Source: Bacteroidota bacterium (GTDB lineage Bacteria > Bacteroidota > Bacteroidia > SpSt-205). From it: a stretch of DNA of 36,449 nt. The stretch is taken from contig JAVVHK010000001.1 in assembly GCA_032249525.1 (NCBI GenBank), positions 1 to 36,449 on the forward strand, in the 5' to 3' direction. Shown one piece after another: positions 18,761-27,712 of this stretch. The notes under the pieces were generated by a model. The model ran no database searches, was not told where the DNA came from, and worked only from the letters and a program-made list of their open reading frames with translations. How positions within the stretch are numbered: position 1 is the first letter of the stretch; every line of letters starts with the position of its first letter. The translations under genes and the position numbers were made by a program.

Positions 18761-18768
18761 CAAAGGTA
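18761..18768 (-). promoter_or_regulatory. -7 promoter box TACCTTTG, 7 nt upstream of the bS22-type ATG
   Basis: Minus strand reads actcctTACCTTTGccctgctATG. Confidence 0.6.
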
Positions 18769-18782
18769 AGGAGTTTAAGTCA

Positions 18783-18790
18783 TATCTTTG
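18783..18790 (+). promoter_or_regulatory. -7 promoter box TATCTTTG, 6 nt upstream of the rpsT ATG
   Basis: Plus strand reads agtcaTATCTTTGcgccccATG. It lies only 14 nt from the divergent box at 18761..18768. Confidence 0.6.
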
Positions 18791-18796
18791 CGCCCC

Positions 18797-19105
18797 ATGG
18801 CAGCACCCCAAACCCAAAAGAAGAAGAAGTCTGCTCGCTCCAGAACAGCCCTTAGGCGACAGCGGAAAAATGAGCGTCGACGAGCCCGTAACTTACTCTG
18901 GAAAGGCCGGTATAAAGCCGCCCTGCGGGCCCTGCGCAAAGAAACCGACCTCACTAAACTCCCCGAGCGCCTGCGAGAGGTGCATTCCCTGCTGGATAAG
19001 ATGGGGCGCCGGCGGATCTTTCACCCCAATAAGTCCGCCCGCCTCAAGTCTAAGTTAGCCCGCTGGGTCGCCCAGCGCCTGCAAAATGCTCAGCCCGCCT
19101 CCTAA
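18797..19105 (+). CDS. rpsT: 30S ribosomal protein S20
   Basis: 'KSARSRTALRRQRKNERRRARN' and 'LLDKMGRRRIFHPNKSARLKSKLA' match the S20 pattern. I prefer the ATG at 18797, downstream of the box, over the TTG at 18788, which lies inside the box. Confidence 0.88.
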   Translation: MAAPQTQKKKKSARSRTALRRQRKNERRRARNLLWKGRYKAALRALRKETDLTKLPERLREVHSLLDKMGRRRIFHPNKSARLKSKLARWVAQRLQNAQPAS

Positions 19106-19108
19106 AAG

Positions 19109-20551
19109 GTGCCTACCCTCTCCCCTCAAAAAGTACACTTGTGGGCTCACCCCCGTGGACTCTATGTGCTCTTCTTCTCCGAAATGTGGGAGCGCTTCAG
19201 CTATTATGGCATGCGAGCGCTCCTGGTCTTGTACCTTACTCAGCACCTCCTCTACCAGCGCCAGGCCGCCCTGGAAATCTATGGCCTCTATACAGGCTTA
19301 GTGTATCTTACCCCCATCATAGGGGGGTTTATAGCCGATCGGTGGCTCGGCTACCGAGGAACCGTCCTCTCTGGCGCTATCCTCATGATGTTGGGGCACT
19401 TTGCCATGGCCTTCCCCCAGTTTCTCTTCCCCGCCCTCGCCCTGCTTATTCTGGGTAACGGCCTCTTCAAGCCCAACATTTCTACTATTGTGGGGAGCCT
19501 CTACCTATCCGACGACCCCCGCCGCGATGCGGCCTTCACCATCTTTTACATGGGGATTAACTTAGGAGCGTTTTTATCCCCCTTAGTGTGCGGCGCCTTA
19601 GCTGATGCCTATTCGCCCCATTGGGGCTTTGCTGCGGCTGGCGTCGGCATGCTGATTAGCCTAATCATTTTTTTAGGAGGGATTTCCACCCTCCGCCCTG
19701 CCCAAGGCCCCTACAAACCTCTAAGCAAAGCGGAAATCCTCCGCATCCTGCTCACCACAATCGCCGGCTTTGTGATTAGCGTAGGCGGCGTGCATGCAGC
19801 CCGCCTGCTGCTGGGCCGAACCCTCGTATCCACCCTCTTTGGATGGACTCTGATGGGCCTCCTCCTGGCAGTCTTCATCTACCTCATCTTTCGCCTCAAA
19901 AATACCAGTGAGCGCCTACGTACCCTCTCCATATTCATTTTAGGCATTTTCACAGCTCTTTTCTGGATGGGCTTTGAGCAGGCGGGAGGCACGCTCAACC
20001 TCTTTGCCCAGCACCACACAGACCGCACCCTCGCCTTAGGCTCTTGGAGCTTTACGATACCTGCCCCGTGGTTTCAGTCGCTCAATCCGCTTCTCATCTT
20101 CATTTTAGCCCCTCTCTTCTCGCTATTTTGGGTGTGGCTGGCTGCCCGCGGCCGGGAGCCTCACACCCCCGTCAAAATGAGCTGGGGGCTACTCCTATTA
20201 GGCTTGGGGTTCGTCCTTATGAGTTTGGCCGACCAAAAGGCCAAAACCGGTCTCCTCGTCTCCCCCCTCTGGCTAATCAGCGTGTATCTCCTCCACACGC
20301 TGGGCGAACTCTGCCTTTCCCCCGTCGGCCTCTCTATGGTAACCCGAACAGCCCCAGCCTCCGTCACCGCCCTCCTTATGGGCGTGTGGTTCCTCTCCTC
20401 CTCCGCCGGAAACTACGCCGCCGGCATCTCCGAAGCCCTTTTAGAAAAGTACCACCTCCCCCTATACCCTACCCTCGCTACCCTCAGCCTCGCCGCCGGC
20501 CTCCTCCTCTGGCTCTTAGCTAAACCCATCCACCGCCTCATGACCGCCTAA
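19109..20551 (+). CDS. Proton-dependent oligopeptide transporter (POT/PTR2 family, DtpT-like)
   Basis: 'HPRGLYVLFFSEMWERFSYYGMRALLVLYL' is the PTR2 signature. The protein is polytopic. The GTG start lies 3 nt after the rpsT stop, and this exact start is uncertain. Confidence 0.88.
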   Translation: MPTLSPQKVHLWAHPRGLYVLFFSEMWERFSYYGMRALLVLYLTQHLLYQRQAALEIYGLYTGLVYLTPIIGGFIADRWLGYRGTVLSGAILMMLGHFAMAFPQFLFPALALLILGNGLFKPNISTIVGSLYLSDDPRRDAAFTIFYMGINLGAFLSPLVCGALADAYSPHWGFAAAGVGMLISLIIFLGGISTLRPAQGPYKPLSKAEILRILLTTIAGFVISVGGVHAARLLLGRTLVSTLFGWTLMGLLLAVFIYLIFRLKNTSERLRTLSIFILGIFTALFWMGFEQAGGTLNLFAQHHTDRTLALGSWSFTIPAPWFQSLNPLLIFILAPLFSLFWVWLAARGREPHTPVKMSWGLLLLGLGFVLMSLADQKAKTGLLVSPLWLISVYLLHTLGELCLSPVGLSMVTRTAPASVTALLMGVWFLSSSAGNYAAGISEALLEKYHLPLYPTLATLSLAAGLLLWLLAKPIHRLMTA

Positions 20552-20572
20552 GCCAAACCCCTTCCCCCTCCG

Positions 20573-20580
20573 TATATTTG
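20573..20580 (+). promoter_or_regulatory. -7 promoter box TATATTTG, 4 nt upstream of the ATG at 20585
   Basis: Plus strand reads ctccgTATATTTGccccATG. Confidence 0.65.
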
Positions 20581-20584
20581 CCCC

Positions 20585-21697
20585 ATGCGAAAACTCATTT
20601 ACCTCTGCATAAGTGCCCTCCTCTGGGCCCAACCCGACCCCCAAGCTAAAGAAGAACTCAACAAAAACATTCGCTTCTACCGCAGTATTGCTCGCCGGAC
20701 CGGCGCCTTCCGTACTAAGGCCCTCCCCAAACTCAACGGCATCCGCTGGCAGGTCAAAATCCAAAATGGCGTCTCCGAAACCGCCGCCCCCGTCGCCGGC
20801 GGCCTACGCGTCTATGTCGGCGGCAAAGACAAAAATATGTACGCCATCAACCTCACCGACGGAAAAATCTTCTGGAAATACACCACCGGCGATTATGTAG
20901 CTTGTCCAGCCGCCTACTATGAAGGCAAAATCTACTTTGGCTCCGACGATGGCTTCCTCTACGCCTTAGAAGAAAGCAAAAAAGAACTCTGGCGCTTCCA
21001 AGCCAACGCCTCCATCCAAAGCCCCCCTGCCATCACCGGCGATATTATCGTCTTTGGATGCCACGACTACAATGTCTATGCTTTGGAGCGTAACACCGGC
21101 GAAAAACTCTGGGAATTCACTACGGGCCGGGTCGTCCAATCAGGCCCCGCTATTGCCGAAGGCGTCGTCTATATTGGCTCCGATGATTACAACCTGTACG
21201 CCCTCTCCCTCAAAGAAGGCAAAGAACTCTGGCGCTTCAGAGCAGAAAACGAAATCAATACCACTCCGGTCGTCTCCAAGGGCATAGTGTACTTCGGTTC
21301 CGATGATGGAAACCTCTATGCGGTGGATGCCAAATCAGGCAAAGAACTCTGGCGTTATGCCACAGGCGGAAAGGTTACCGCTTCGCCTGCGCTCTCCGAA
21401 GACATTGATGTCATTTTCGTGGCCAGCGAATCCGGCCTCCTTGCCGCCCTCAACTCCAAAACCGGCGAAGAAAAGTGGACCTACCGAGGCAAAGCTCCTT
21501 TCAAAGCATCGCCTTCCCTCGCCGAAGGGTATATTTACATCGGCGCCATGGATGGCACTTTTTACGCCTTTGAAATTCCCACCGGGAAAATCGCCTGGAA
21601 AACGAAGTTAGATGCGCCAATTCAGGCTGCGGCGCATATCTTGGATGGCTCCGTTTATGTGCTGACCAGTAGCGGAACCCTTTATGCCCTGCATTGA
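20585..21697 (+). CDS. Exported PQQ-like (BamB-type) beta-propeller repeat protein
   Basis: It has a signal peptide and at least 7 repeats of the form 'G.vYfGS.DgnLYAld..tGkelW.f'. Confidence 0.85.
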   Translation: MRKLIYLCISALLWAQPDPQAKEELNKNIRFYRSIARRTGAFRTKALPKLNGIRWQVKIQNGVSETAAPVAGGLRVYVGGKDKNMYAINLTDGKIFWKYTTGDYVACPAAYYEGKIYFGSDDGFLYALEESKKELWRFQANASIQSPPAITGDIIVFGCHDYNVYALERNTGEKLWEFTTGRVVQSGPAIAEGVVYIGSDDYNLYALSLKEGKELWRFRAENEINTTPVVSKGIVYFGSDDGNLYAVDAKSGKELWRYATGGKVTASPALSEDIDVIFVASESGLLAALNSKTGEEKWTYRGKAPFKASPSLAEGYIYIGAMDGTFYAFEIPTGKIAWKTKLDAPIQAAAHILDGSVYVLTSSGTLYALH

Positions 21698-21700
21698 GGG

Positions 21701-22624
21701 ATGGGGCGCTTCCCCCTCCTTTTCTTCCTGAATTTCACCTTTACGCTCATGGCGCAGAGTCCTATTGCGATTGCCATTCATGGGGGTGCTGGGAATATTC
21801 GCCCCGATAACCTCCCTCCGGAGAAAGCCCAAATTGTGGCTACTTTTCTCAGTAACCTCGTCGATGAAGCCTATCGGCAGCTCCAAGAGGGCCGCACTGC
21901 CCTGGATGTGGTGGAATTCGCTGTCCGAAAGTTAGAGGATGCGGGCTACTTCAATGCGGGCCGAGGGGCAGTTCCTAATGCCCGGGGCGAAATAGAGCTG
22001 GATGCGGCCATTATGGACGGCAAGACGCTGCGGGCAGGCGCAGTAGCGGCCGCTAAGCTCACAGGGGCGCCTATTACCTTAGCTCGCCTGATCATGGAGC
22101 GCACACCCCATGTGCTGATTGTAGGGGCGGGGGCAGATTCTCTGGCTAAGGCATGGAACCTCCCCTTGCGCAACGAGACTTATGCCCCTACCTCAGAAGT
22201 CCCATGGAGCTACGGCACCGTGGGGGCCGTGGCGTTAGATAAATATGGAAACTTGGCGGCGGCCACCTCTACGGGCGGCATCATGAACAAACTTCCCGGC
22301 CGTGTGGGCGATACACCCCTCATCGGCGCCAGCACCTACGCCGAAAATAATCTCATCGCGATCTCTACCACGGGTAAAGGCGAATACTTCATTCGCACCG
22401 TCCTTGCTTACGATGTGGCAGCCCGCATCAAATACCAGAAGCTTTCCCCGGCCGAAGCTATCCGAAAGGCCTTCCAAGAACGTCTGGAAGCTATTGGCGG
22501 CGAAGGTGGCCTGATCGCCGTAACCCCCACCGGCGAAACCCTCCTCTACTTCAACACCCCAGGCATGTACCGAGCCGCCATCAACAGCCAGGGACAAAAA
22601 GTCGTCGGCCTCTTCCGAGAATAA
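21701..22624 (+). CDS. Isoaspartyl peptidase / plant-type L-asparaginase (Ntn hydrolase)
   Basis: It has a signal peptide, then 'IAIHGGAG', then 'GTVGAVALD', which is the autocleavage and nucleophile Thr site. It starts 3 nt after the upstream stop. Confidence 0.88.
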   Translation: MGRFPLLFFLNFTFTLMAQSPIAIAIHGGAGNIRPDNLPPEKAQIVATFLSNLVDEAYRQLQEGRTALDVVEFAVRKLEDAGYFNAGRGAVPNARGEIELDAAIMDGKTLRAGAVAAAKLTGAPITLARLIMERTPHVLIVGAGADSLAKAWNLPLRNETYAPTSEVPWSYGTVGAVALDKYGNLAAATSTGGIMNKLPGRVGDTPLIGASTYAENNLIAISTTGKGEYFIRTVLAYDVAARIKYQKLSPAEAIRKAFQERLEAIGGEGGLIAVTPTGETLLYFNTPGMYRAAINSQGQKVVGLFRE

Positions 22625-22697
22625 GCGCCCGCCCAAACTTCCGTCGGCTTTCCTGGGCCTTTGGAGCCCGCCCAGCAAGATGGTGCCTAAAAACGCC

Positions 22698-22705
22698 TAC
22701 CTTTA
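22698..22705 (+). promoter_or_regulatory. Variant -7 box TACCTTTA, 4 nt upstream of the smpB ATG at 22710
   Basis: Plus strand reads cgccTACCTTTAcctcATG. It has one mismatch to TAnnTTTG and the same spacing as the other boxes. Confidence 0.5.
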
Positions 22706-22709
22706 CCTC

Positions 22710-23168
22710 ATGACCCCTACCATCGTCAATCGGAAAGCCCTGCATGAGTACAATATTTTAGAGCGCTACACAGCTGGCATGGTGCTCACAGGCCCCGAAG
22801 TCAAGTCGCTCCGCATGGGCGCCGCCAACCTGCAAGATGCCTTTTGCGCCTTCAAGGGCCCAGAACTTTACCTGTACAACATGCACATTGCGCCCTACGA
22901 AAAGCGGGGTTACACTCCCTTTGACCCCCGCCGCCCCCGAAAGCTCCTCCTCCATAAAGAAGAACTTAAGCGCCTTCAAGGCCGCCTCTCCCAAAAAGGC
23001 CTCACCCTCATCCCCCTCAAACTTTTCTTCTCGGAACGCGGCTACGCTAAAGTAGAAATCGCTCTCGCCCAAGGCAAAAAACTCTACGATCGCCGCCACG
23101 CCATCCAGGAGCGCGAAAGCCGCCGAGAAGCCGAACGCCTCCTGAAACGCCATCGCTTTGCAGACTAA
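22710..23168 (+). CDS. smpB: SsrA-binding protein SmpB
   Basis: 'NRKALHEYNILERYTAGMVLTGPEVKSLR' and 'KLLLHKEEL' are typical of SmpB. I moved the start from 22680 to the ATG at 22710, downstream of the box. Confidence 0.9.
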   Translation: MTPTIVNRKALHEYNILERYTAGMVLTGPEVKSLRMGAANLQDAFCAFKGPELYLYNMHIAPYEKRGYTPFDPRRPRKLLLHKEELKRLQGRLSQKGLTLIPLKLFFSERGYAKVEIALAQGKKLYDRRHAIQERESRREAERLLKRHRFAD

Positions 23169-23173
23169 CTTTG
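23166..23173 (+). promoter_or_regulatory. -7 promoter box TAACTTTG, 4 nt upstream of the phhB ATG. It overlaps the smpB stop codon.
   Basis: Plus strand reads gcagacTAACTTTGcctcATG. Confidence 0.6.
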
Positions 23174-23177
23174 CCTC

Positions 23178-23477
23178 ATGCCTACCTACTCACCAGAGGA
23201 AGTACGAGCCCGCCTCGTTTTTTATCCGGAATGGCGCTTAGAAAATAATGCCCTTACCCGCTCCTTTGAGTTTGGCGACTTTTTGGAAGCTTGGGGATTC
23301 CTCACGCAGGTGGCCCTCTTAGCCGAGCGGCACAACCACCATCCCGAAATCTGGAATACCTACAACAAAGTCCGTATCGCCTGGACCACGCACGAAGCCG
23401 GCGGTATCACTGAAAAAGACTTCACCCTGCTGGAAGAAACCGACCGAGCGTATGCGACTTACCGTACGCGTCTATAA
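23178..23477 (+). CDS. phhB: 4a-hydroxytetrahydrobiopterin dehydratase (pterin-4-alpha-carbinolamine dehydratase)
   Basis: 99 aa. '[23 protein letters not shown]' is the PCD signature. Confidence 0.88.
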   Translation: MPTYSPEEVRARLVFYPEWRLENNALTRSFEFGDFLEAWGFLTQVALLAERHNHHPEIWNTYNKVRIAWTTHEAGGITEKDFTLLEETDRAYATYRTRL

Positions 23478-23889
23478 TGCTTCTCCTTATCCGCTTCCTG
23501 CTTATCAGACGGCTGGTGCCTCTGGAGTTGACCTATATGCTAACCTTTCTGCTCCCTATACACTCTGGCCTGGCCAAAGGCTGCTCGTCCCTACTGGACT
23601 CTATATAGAAGTCCCGCCTGGCTGGGAGGCCCAAATCCGCCCCCGCAGTGGCCTCGCCCTGCACCACGGCCTCACTGTCCTCAACTCCCCAGGCACCATT
23701 GACGCCGACTACCGCGGCGAAATCCAAGTCCTCGTCATCAACCTTGGGGATAAACCCTTCACGATAGAACCCGGCATGCGTATCGCCCAAATGGTCTTTT
23801 GCCCCGTCGCTCAAGTCCAATGGGAGCTCGTCTCCCAACTCTCCCCTTCCGACCGCAATGAAGGCGGTTTCGGCCACACCGGCACATGA
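23452..23889 (+). CDS. dut: dUTP diphosphatase
   Basis: 'GASGVDLYA', '[10 protein letters not shown]' and '[15 protein letters not shown]' are dUTPase motifs. It overlaps phhB by 26 nt. Confidence 0.9.
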   Translation: MRLTVRVYNASPYPLPAYQTAGASGVDLYANLSAPYTLWPGQRLLVPTGLYIEVPPGWEAQIRPRSGLALHHGLTVLNSPGTIDADYRGEIQVLVINLGDKPFTIEPGMRIAQMVFCPVAQVQWELVSQLSPSDRNEGGFGHTGT

Positions 23890-26084
23890 AACAACTCCGG
23901 ATCCTCCTCACCCTCTTCCTCCACCTACTGCGAGGAATCACCCGCTTCTACCCGCTCCAACTTCCTTTTTTCCAGCTGCGTCGGCACCCCTTTCTAATGG
24001 CGATTTGGGGTATTTTCTGGGCTATGGGTTTAGGCTTTATTGGCCGGGGCGTCGGCGTAGAAATGATCTTCCTAAGCCCCGGCGAAGGCTTACCCAATCC
24101 TGCCTGGGGTGCCTTCGCTTGGGGCATCGCCTACGGTATCTTCACCACGGCCTATCACCTCTCCACCTTCCTGCTGGATGCCCACCACGCAGGCTTCCTC
24201 CTGCATAGCCGACGAAACTTTATCTTCCTCTACGCCCTCAATAACAGCCTCCTGCCTCTGGCCTTCCTCCTCTTCTACATTGCCCGTTACAACAAACTCC
24301 ATTTAGACAGCCCCACCCTCCAAACCGAAATCCTCGCCCTGCTTGCAGGCACAGCCCTTGTATGGAGCCTGAGCCTCCTCTACTTTAGCCGGTGGAAACT
24401 CTCTCTGCGCGCCCTCAAATCCCTCATAGGGGCCACTCTCCCCTCTCACAAAACTCAAGAGCCGCCTCTCACTTCGGGCCTATGGCTTCTAAGTGGCGGA
24501 GAAAGGGTCGGATATTACCTAACTATTCCCGAAGGAATCGTCCCCGTGGTTCGTCGCATCCCCCACCAAGCTATCCTCCGCTTTATGGAGGGCATCCTCA
24601 CCCGAGGCCACTTAGCGGCTCTCATCTTAGAGGTCATCTTCATTGGGTTGGTCTTTGTGTGGGGATATATCCAAGCTAAGACGGACCTATATCTGCCAGC
24701 CTCTGTCGTGGTGCTTATTATGGGCGCCATCACCCTGATGATGATGGGCGCCTTGGACTACTGGCTCAAACGAGTCGGCATGGGCTTTCTCGTTTTTCTC
24801 GCCCTGCTCATCCTCCTTGTCTGGAAAATCTTCCACGAAGCCTCACAGGCCAGTCCCGCCTTTGGCCTCTCTTATGAGCAAATCTGGGCTTACCAACCCC
24901 CTACTTGGACCTCCGCCGTTCAGGCCCAGATTGCTTCTGATAGTGCCTCCTTTGCTCAGGTGCTCCAGAAGCGGCTCGCCCGCCAGAATACCCCCAAACC
25001 CGTCTTTATCTGGGTTACGGTGTCGGGTGGCGGTTGGCGCTCTGCTTACTGGACCTTCCTCAACCTTCATCTCTTAGATAGTCTCTCGGGAGGCCGCTTT
25101 TACCAGAGCTTAGCTGGGATTACGGGCGCTTCGGGCGGCCTGATTGGGGCTACCTTCTGGCGAGAACTGCATCTTTTCCACCCCCATCGGGCGCCGAGCC
25201 TATTAGAAGCCGAGCGCCTTACCCAAGACCTGCTCAACCCCCTCTTCTCCACCGGACTCTTAGGCCTATTAAGCCCCAATACCTACTGGGAAGATACCCT
25301 CACCCACATCACTTACCCCAAAGGCCGGGACTACGCCTTTGAGACCCGCCTCCTCCGAAATACCCAGGCCTTCCACCACCACCGCCTCAAAGATTACGCC
25401 CCCTACGAAGAAAGCGGCCAAACCCCTCTTATCATCTTTACGCCGGCCTGCCTCACAAATAGCCTTCAGCTCCTCATTTCCCCCCTCCCGCTCTCTTTTC
25501 TTTGCTGGGCCGACCAAAAACCCATCGCCATAGAACTACGCCAGATCGTTCCTGCCGATAATCTCTGGATTACCTCTGCCCTCCGCATGAATGCCGCCTT
25601 CCCCTTCGTCCTGCCTGCCGTCCGACTCCCTACTAATCCCCCTCTGGATGTTATTGACGCTGGTGCTATTGACAACCTCGGCCAAAGCCTTACCCTCCGA
25701 CTCCTGTGGAAACAACGTTCCCTCTTAGCCTCCACCGCCTCCAAAATCATCTGGATTGAAATTCGCGACCTCCCTCCCCCTCCTACCTCTCCCCATCCCG
25801 CCTCTAAGCTTGTACTAGACAAGATCGGTGGCCTATACGCCGCCTTTGCCGAATCCCGCTACCACTCCATGTCCCTCACCTTGGAAGTCCTGCGAACCCT
25901 CTACCCTATTCCCATAGAGAAATACACCCTCCACTATACCCCCGGGCCAGAAGGGTACACCCCGCCTCTCGGCTTTACCCTCCTACCCCGAGATCGCCAG
26001 AGCCTCCAAAAGGCCGCCTACCAACCATCGCACCTTACCCACCTGCTACACATCCTCCACAATGCCCACCTTACCCAATATTAG
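23886..26084 (+). CDS. Membrane-anchored patatin-like phospholipase: an N-terminal polytopic domain of unknown family plus a C-terminal patatin domain
   Basis: 'VSGGGWRS' (Gly-rich oxyanion loop), 'GASGG' (GxSxG) and 'IDAGAIDN' (catalytic Asp) occur in the canonical order. There are about 6-8 hydrophobic helices in the first ~330 aa. The start forms an ATGA overlap with the dut stop. Confidence 0.8.
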   Translation: MKQLRILLTLFLHLLRGITRFYPLQLPFFQLRRHPFLMAIWGIFWAMGLGFIGRGVGVEMIFLSPGEGLPNPAWGAFAWGIAYGIFTTAYHLSTFLLDAHHAGFLLHSRRNFIFLYALNNSLLPLAFLLFYIARYNKLHLDSPTLQTEILALLAGTALVWSLSLLYFSRWKLSLRALKSLIGATLPSHKTQEPPLTSGLWLLSGGERVGYYLTIPEGIVPVVRRIPHQAILRFMEGILTRGHLAALILEVIFIGLVFVWGYIQAKTDLYLPASVVVLIMGAITLMMMGALDYWLKRVGMGFLVFLALLILLVWKIFHEASQASPAFGLSYEQIWAYQPPTWTSAVQAQIASDSASFAQVLQKRLARQNTPKPVFIWVTVSGGGWRSAYWTFLNLHLLDSLSGGRFYQSLAGITGASGGLIGATFWRELHLFHPHRAPSLLEAERLTQDLLNPLFSTGLLGLLSPNTYWEDTLTHITYPKGRDYAFETRLLRNTQAFHHHRLKDYAPYEESGQTPLIIFTPACLTNSLQLLISPLPLSFLCWADQKPIAIELRQIVPADNLWITSALRMNAAFPFVLPAVRLPTNPPLDVIDAGAIDNLGQSLTLRLLWKQRSLLASTASKIIWIEIRDLPPPPTSPHPASKLVLDKIGGLYAAFAESRYHSMSLTLEVLRTLYPIPIEKYTLHYTPGPEGYTPPLGFTLLPRDRQSLQKAAYQPSHLTHLLHILHNAHLTQY

Positions 26085-26095
26085 GCCCAAAAACC

Positions 26096-26103
26096 TACCT
26101 TTG
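26096..26103 (+). promoter_or_regulatory. -7 promoter box TACCTTTG, 5 nt upstream of the ATG at 26109
   Basis: Plus strand reads aaaccTACCTTTGcgctaATG. Confidence 0.65.
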
Positions 26104-26108
26104 CGCTA

Positions 26109-26414
26109 ATGAAATCCCGATCACACCTCACCCTCGGGGGAATAGCCTTCACTCTATGCGGGATGATCATAAGCTGTACCCATCATTCCCACTCCTCTCC
26201 GCCCCAACAAACCCCCTCCACCATGAGCACCGCCGGAGAAGGTCTCTCCATCCCCCCTTCCTCGCTGGCAGTCCCCTACTGCCCAGAATGCGAAATGAAG
26301 TTTCCCCCGCACAAAATCATGGACACCTTGACTTATGATGGAAAACTATATGGTTTTTGTAGCCCAGAGTGCAAAGCTTCTTTTGCGAAACGTATGGGTT
26401 TGGATAATCAGTAG
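26109..26414 (+). CDS. Small lipoprotein with a C-terminal YHS/TRASH-like Cys motif
   Basis: It has a lipobox-type signal ('GMIISC'). 'CPECEMKF...YDGKLYGFCSPECKASF' resembles the YHS/TRASH metal-binding fold. Confidence 0.7.
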   Translation: MKSRSHLTLGGIAFTLCGMIISCTHHSHSSPPQQTPSTMSTAGEGLSIPPSSLAVPYCPECEMKFPPHKIMDTLTYDGKLYGFCSPECKASFAKRMGLDNQ

Positions 26415-27267
26415 TGGGGGCTTGATCCTGAGCGCCTGCAGCTCAGAACCTCAGTCCCAAACGAAGGGCTATGAGCCAGATACCACCTATGTGGTGCCGT
26501 GGGAGGAGATTGAGAAATATATGCGCGCGGCACCTTCGCCTGCGCAGGTGTCATTATGGCTGCGGCAAGAAAAGGTACCCTTTTATCGGGAAATCTTGCA
26601 TGACCCGACTTTGGCCTCTCGGTACCGCAGCCTGAAAGGCGCCGCCAACTTAGGCATCTACCTTACGGATATGGCGTATGCCCACGCCACCAATAACTAC
26701 CAGGTCGCTTACGAGTACCTCACCAGCGCCAATCGCTTAGCCCAGCTTTATGGCCTGAGTGATCTTCTTTCTGTGGAGCGTATTCGGGAACTGGACCGCC
26801 TCCAAGATAAACCCGATAGCCTCCAAAGGCTCTTCTCTACCTACTACGCCGAAATCCAAGAACGCTTGGAATCCACCGGCCAACAAGCCCTCCTCCGACA
26901 CATGATCTTAGGCGGCTGGGTAGAAAGCGTCCACCTGAGCCTCCACCTCCAAGAAAAATCCCCCTCCAAACAAGGCCTCACCGACCTCATTCGCCTCCAA
27001 AAAAGCCTCGTCCCCCTCATGAAAAAAATGTACGCCATCGACACCGCCAGAAACTCGGAATCCCAGATTATCTTCGCCCATCTCACCAACATTGAAACAG
27101 TCTTGCGCAAAATACCCGAATCCCCTAACAGGGGGGCAGCCTCTACAGACCCCGAAAAAGGCCTCATCCGATTAGAATTCCAAAAAGACTTGCCTCTCCC
27201 CCCCGATCTGATCAGAGAGCTCCGCGAAAAAGTCTCTCCACTTCGGCAATACCTCATCAGCATATGA
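26383..27267 (+). CDS. Lipoprotein of unknown function, predicted mostly helical
   Basis: The long ORF has a lipobox 'GLILSAC'. The start is ambiguous: TTG at 26383 gives MRNVWVWIISSGGLILSAC, but the ATGs at 26350 and 26335 are also possible. Every option overlaps the upstream gene by 32-80 nt. I recognise no family. Confidence 0.65.
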   Translation: MRNVWVWIISSGGLILSACSSEPQSQTKGYEPDTTYVVPWEEIEKYMRAAPSPAQVSLWLRQEKVPFYREILHDPTLASRYRSLKGAANLGIYLTDMAYAHATNNYQVAYEYLTSANRLAQLYGLSDLLSVERIRELDRLQDKPDSLQRLFSTYYAEIQERLESTGQQALLRHMILGGWVESVHLSLHLQEKSPSKQGLTDLIRLQKSLVPLMKKMYAIDTARNSESQIIFAHLTNIETVLRKIPESPNRGAASTDPEKGLIRLEFQKDLPLPPDLIRELREKVSPLRQYLISI

Positions 27268-27698
27268 TTCGCTTACTGATTATTCTCTTTCTCCTGATCG
27301 GCTTCCGCATCTCTTATGCGCAAGCCTCTTGCGCCAAGCTCGTTCCCCTTTGCAAAAACAGCTTCCTGGAAGACTACAACTGGGACGGACGCTATTGGCG
27401 GGCAGAACTCTACGGCAACGAAACCACCGAAGTGTACTACACATTCTTCAAGGGTTTGCGCTATCGCCTCATCCCCTGCGGCAGCTCCGACGAAAAAAGC
27501 CCCCTCCGTATGCGCCTCTACAACGCCAATCGCGCCCTACTCTTAGATACAGGTACTCAAAATGCCCGCCCTTATTGGGACTTAGAACTCAGTAGCACCC
27601 AGCTCCTCATTATTGAACTTTACTACCCTTCGGGCAGTGGCTGTGCCGCCCTCATCATCGGCCATAAAGCTAGCGAAGCCTTAGCATCCCAAGAGTAA
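27264..27698 (+). CDS. Secreted 144-aa protein of unknown function with four Cys
   Basis: It has the signal peptide MIRLLIILFLLIGFRISYAQA and an ATGA overlap with the upstream stop. I recognise no family. Confidence 0.65.
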   Translation: MIRLLIILFLLIGFRISYAQASCAKLVPLCKNSFLEDYNWDGRYWRAELYGNETTEVYYTFFKGLRYRLIPCGSSDEKSPLRMRLYNANRALLLDTGTQNARPYWDLELSSTQLLIIELYYPSGSGCAALIIGHKASEALASQE

Positions 27699-27700
27699 AC

Positions 27701-27708
27701 TACCTTTG
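27701..27708 (+). promoter_or_regulatory. -7 promoter box TACCTTTG, 4 nt upstream of the GTG at 27713
   Basis: Plus strand reads taaacTACCTTTGccagGTG. Confidence 0.65.
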
Positions 27709-27712
27709 CCAG

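Noticed and set aside
19134-19141. TACACTTG inside the 5' end of the POT ORF, considered as a promoter for a shorter POT gene starting at the TTG at 19139.
   Set aside because: The box would overlap the candidate start instead of lying 4-7 nt upstream. It has a mismatch in the TTTG half, and a start at 19139 would trim residues usually present before the HP+GL motif. The GTG at 19109 is retained with moderate uncertainty.
20044-20523. A 159-aa alternative-frame ORF inside the POT transporter gene.
   Set aside because: The translation is Pro/Arg-rich low complexity with no start context, and the POT frame is strongly supported.
22235-23153. Antisense ORFs of 147 aa (22235..22678) and 131 aa (22758..23153) opposite the asparaginase and smpB genes.
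   Set aside because: They carry no motifs and no -7 box at their starts. Such antisense ORFs are expected by chance opposite GC3-rich genes.
23886-26084. The patatin-like protein as a CBASS CapV-type effector.
   Set aside because: No CD-NTase/cyclase, Cap2/Cap3, or other sensor or signalling gene is adjacent. The neighbours are dut and phhB on one side and exported unknowns on the other.
26335-26414. Possible programmed frameshift fusing the YHS lipoprotein ORF to the overlapping downstream lipoprotein ORF.
   Set aside because: The downstream ORF has its own complete lipoprotein signal peptide right at the overlap, which argues for an independent protein. I also noticed no slippery heptamer in the overlap.
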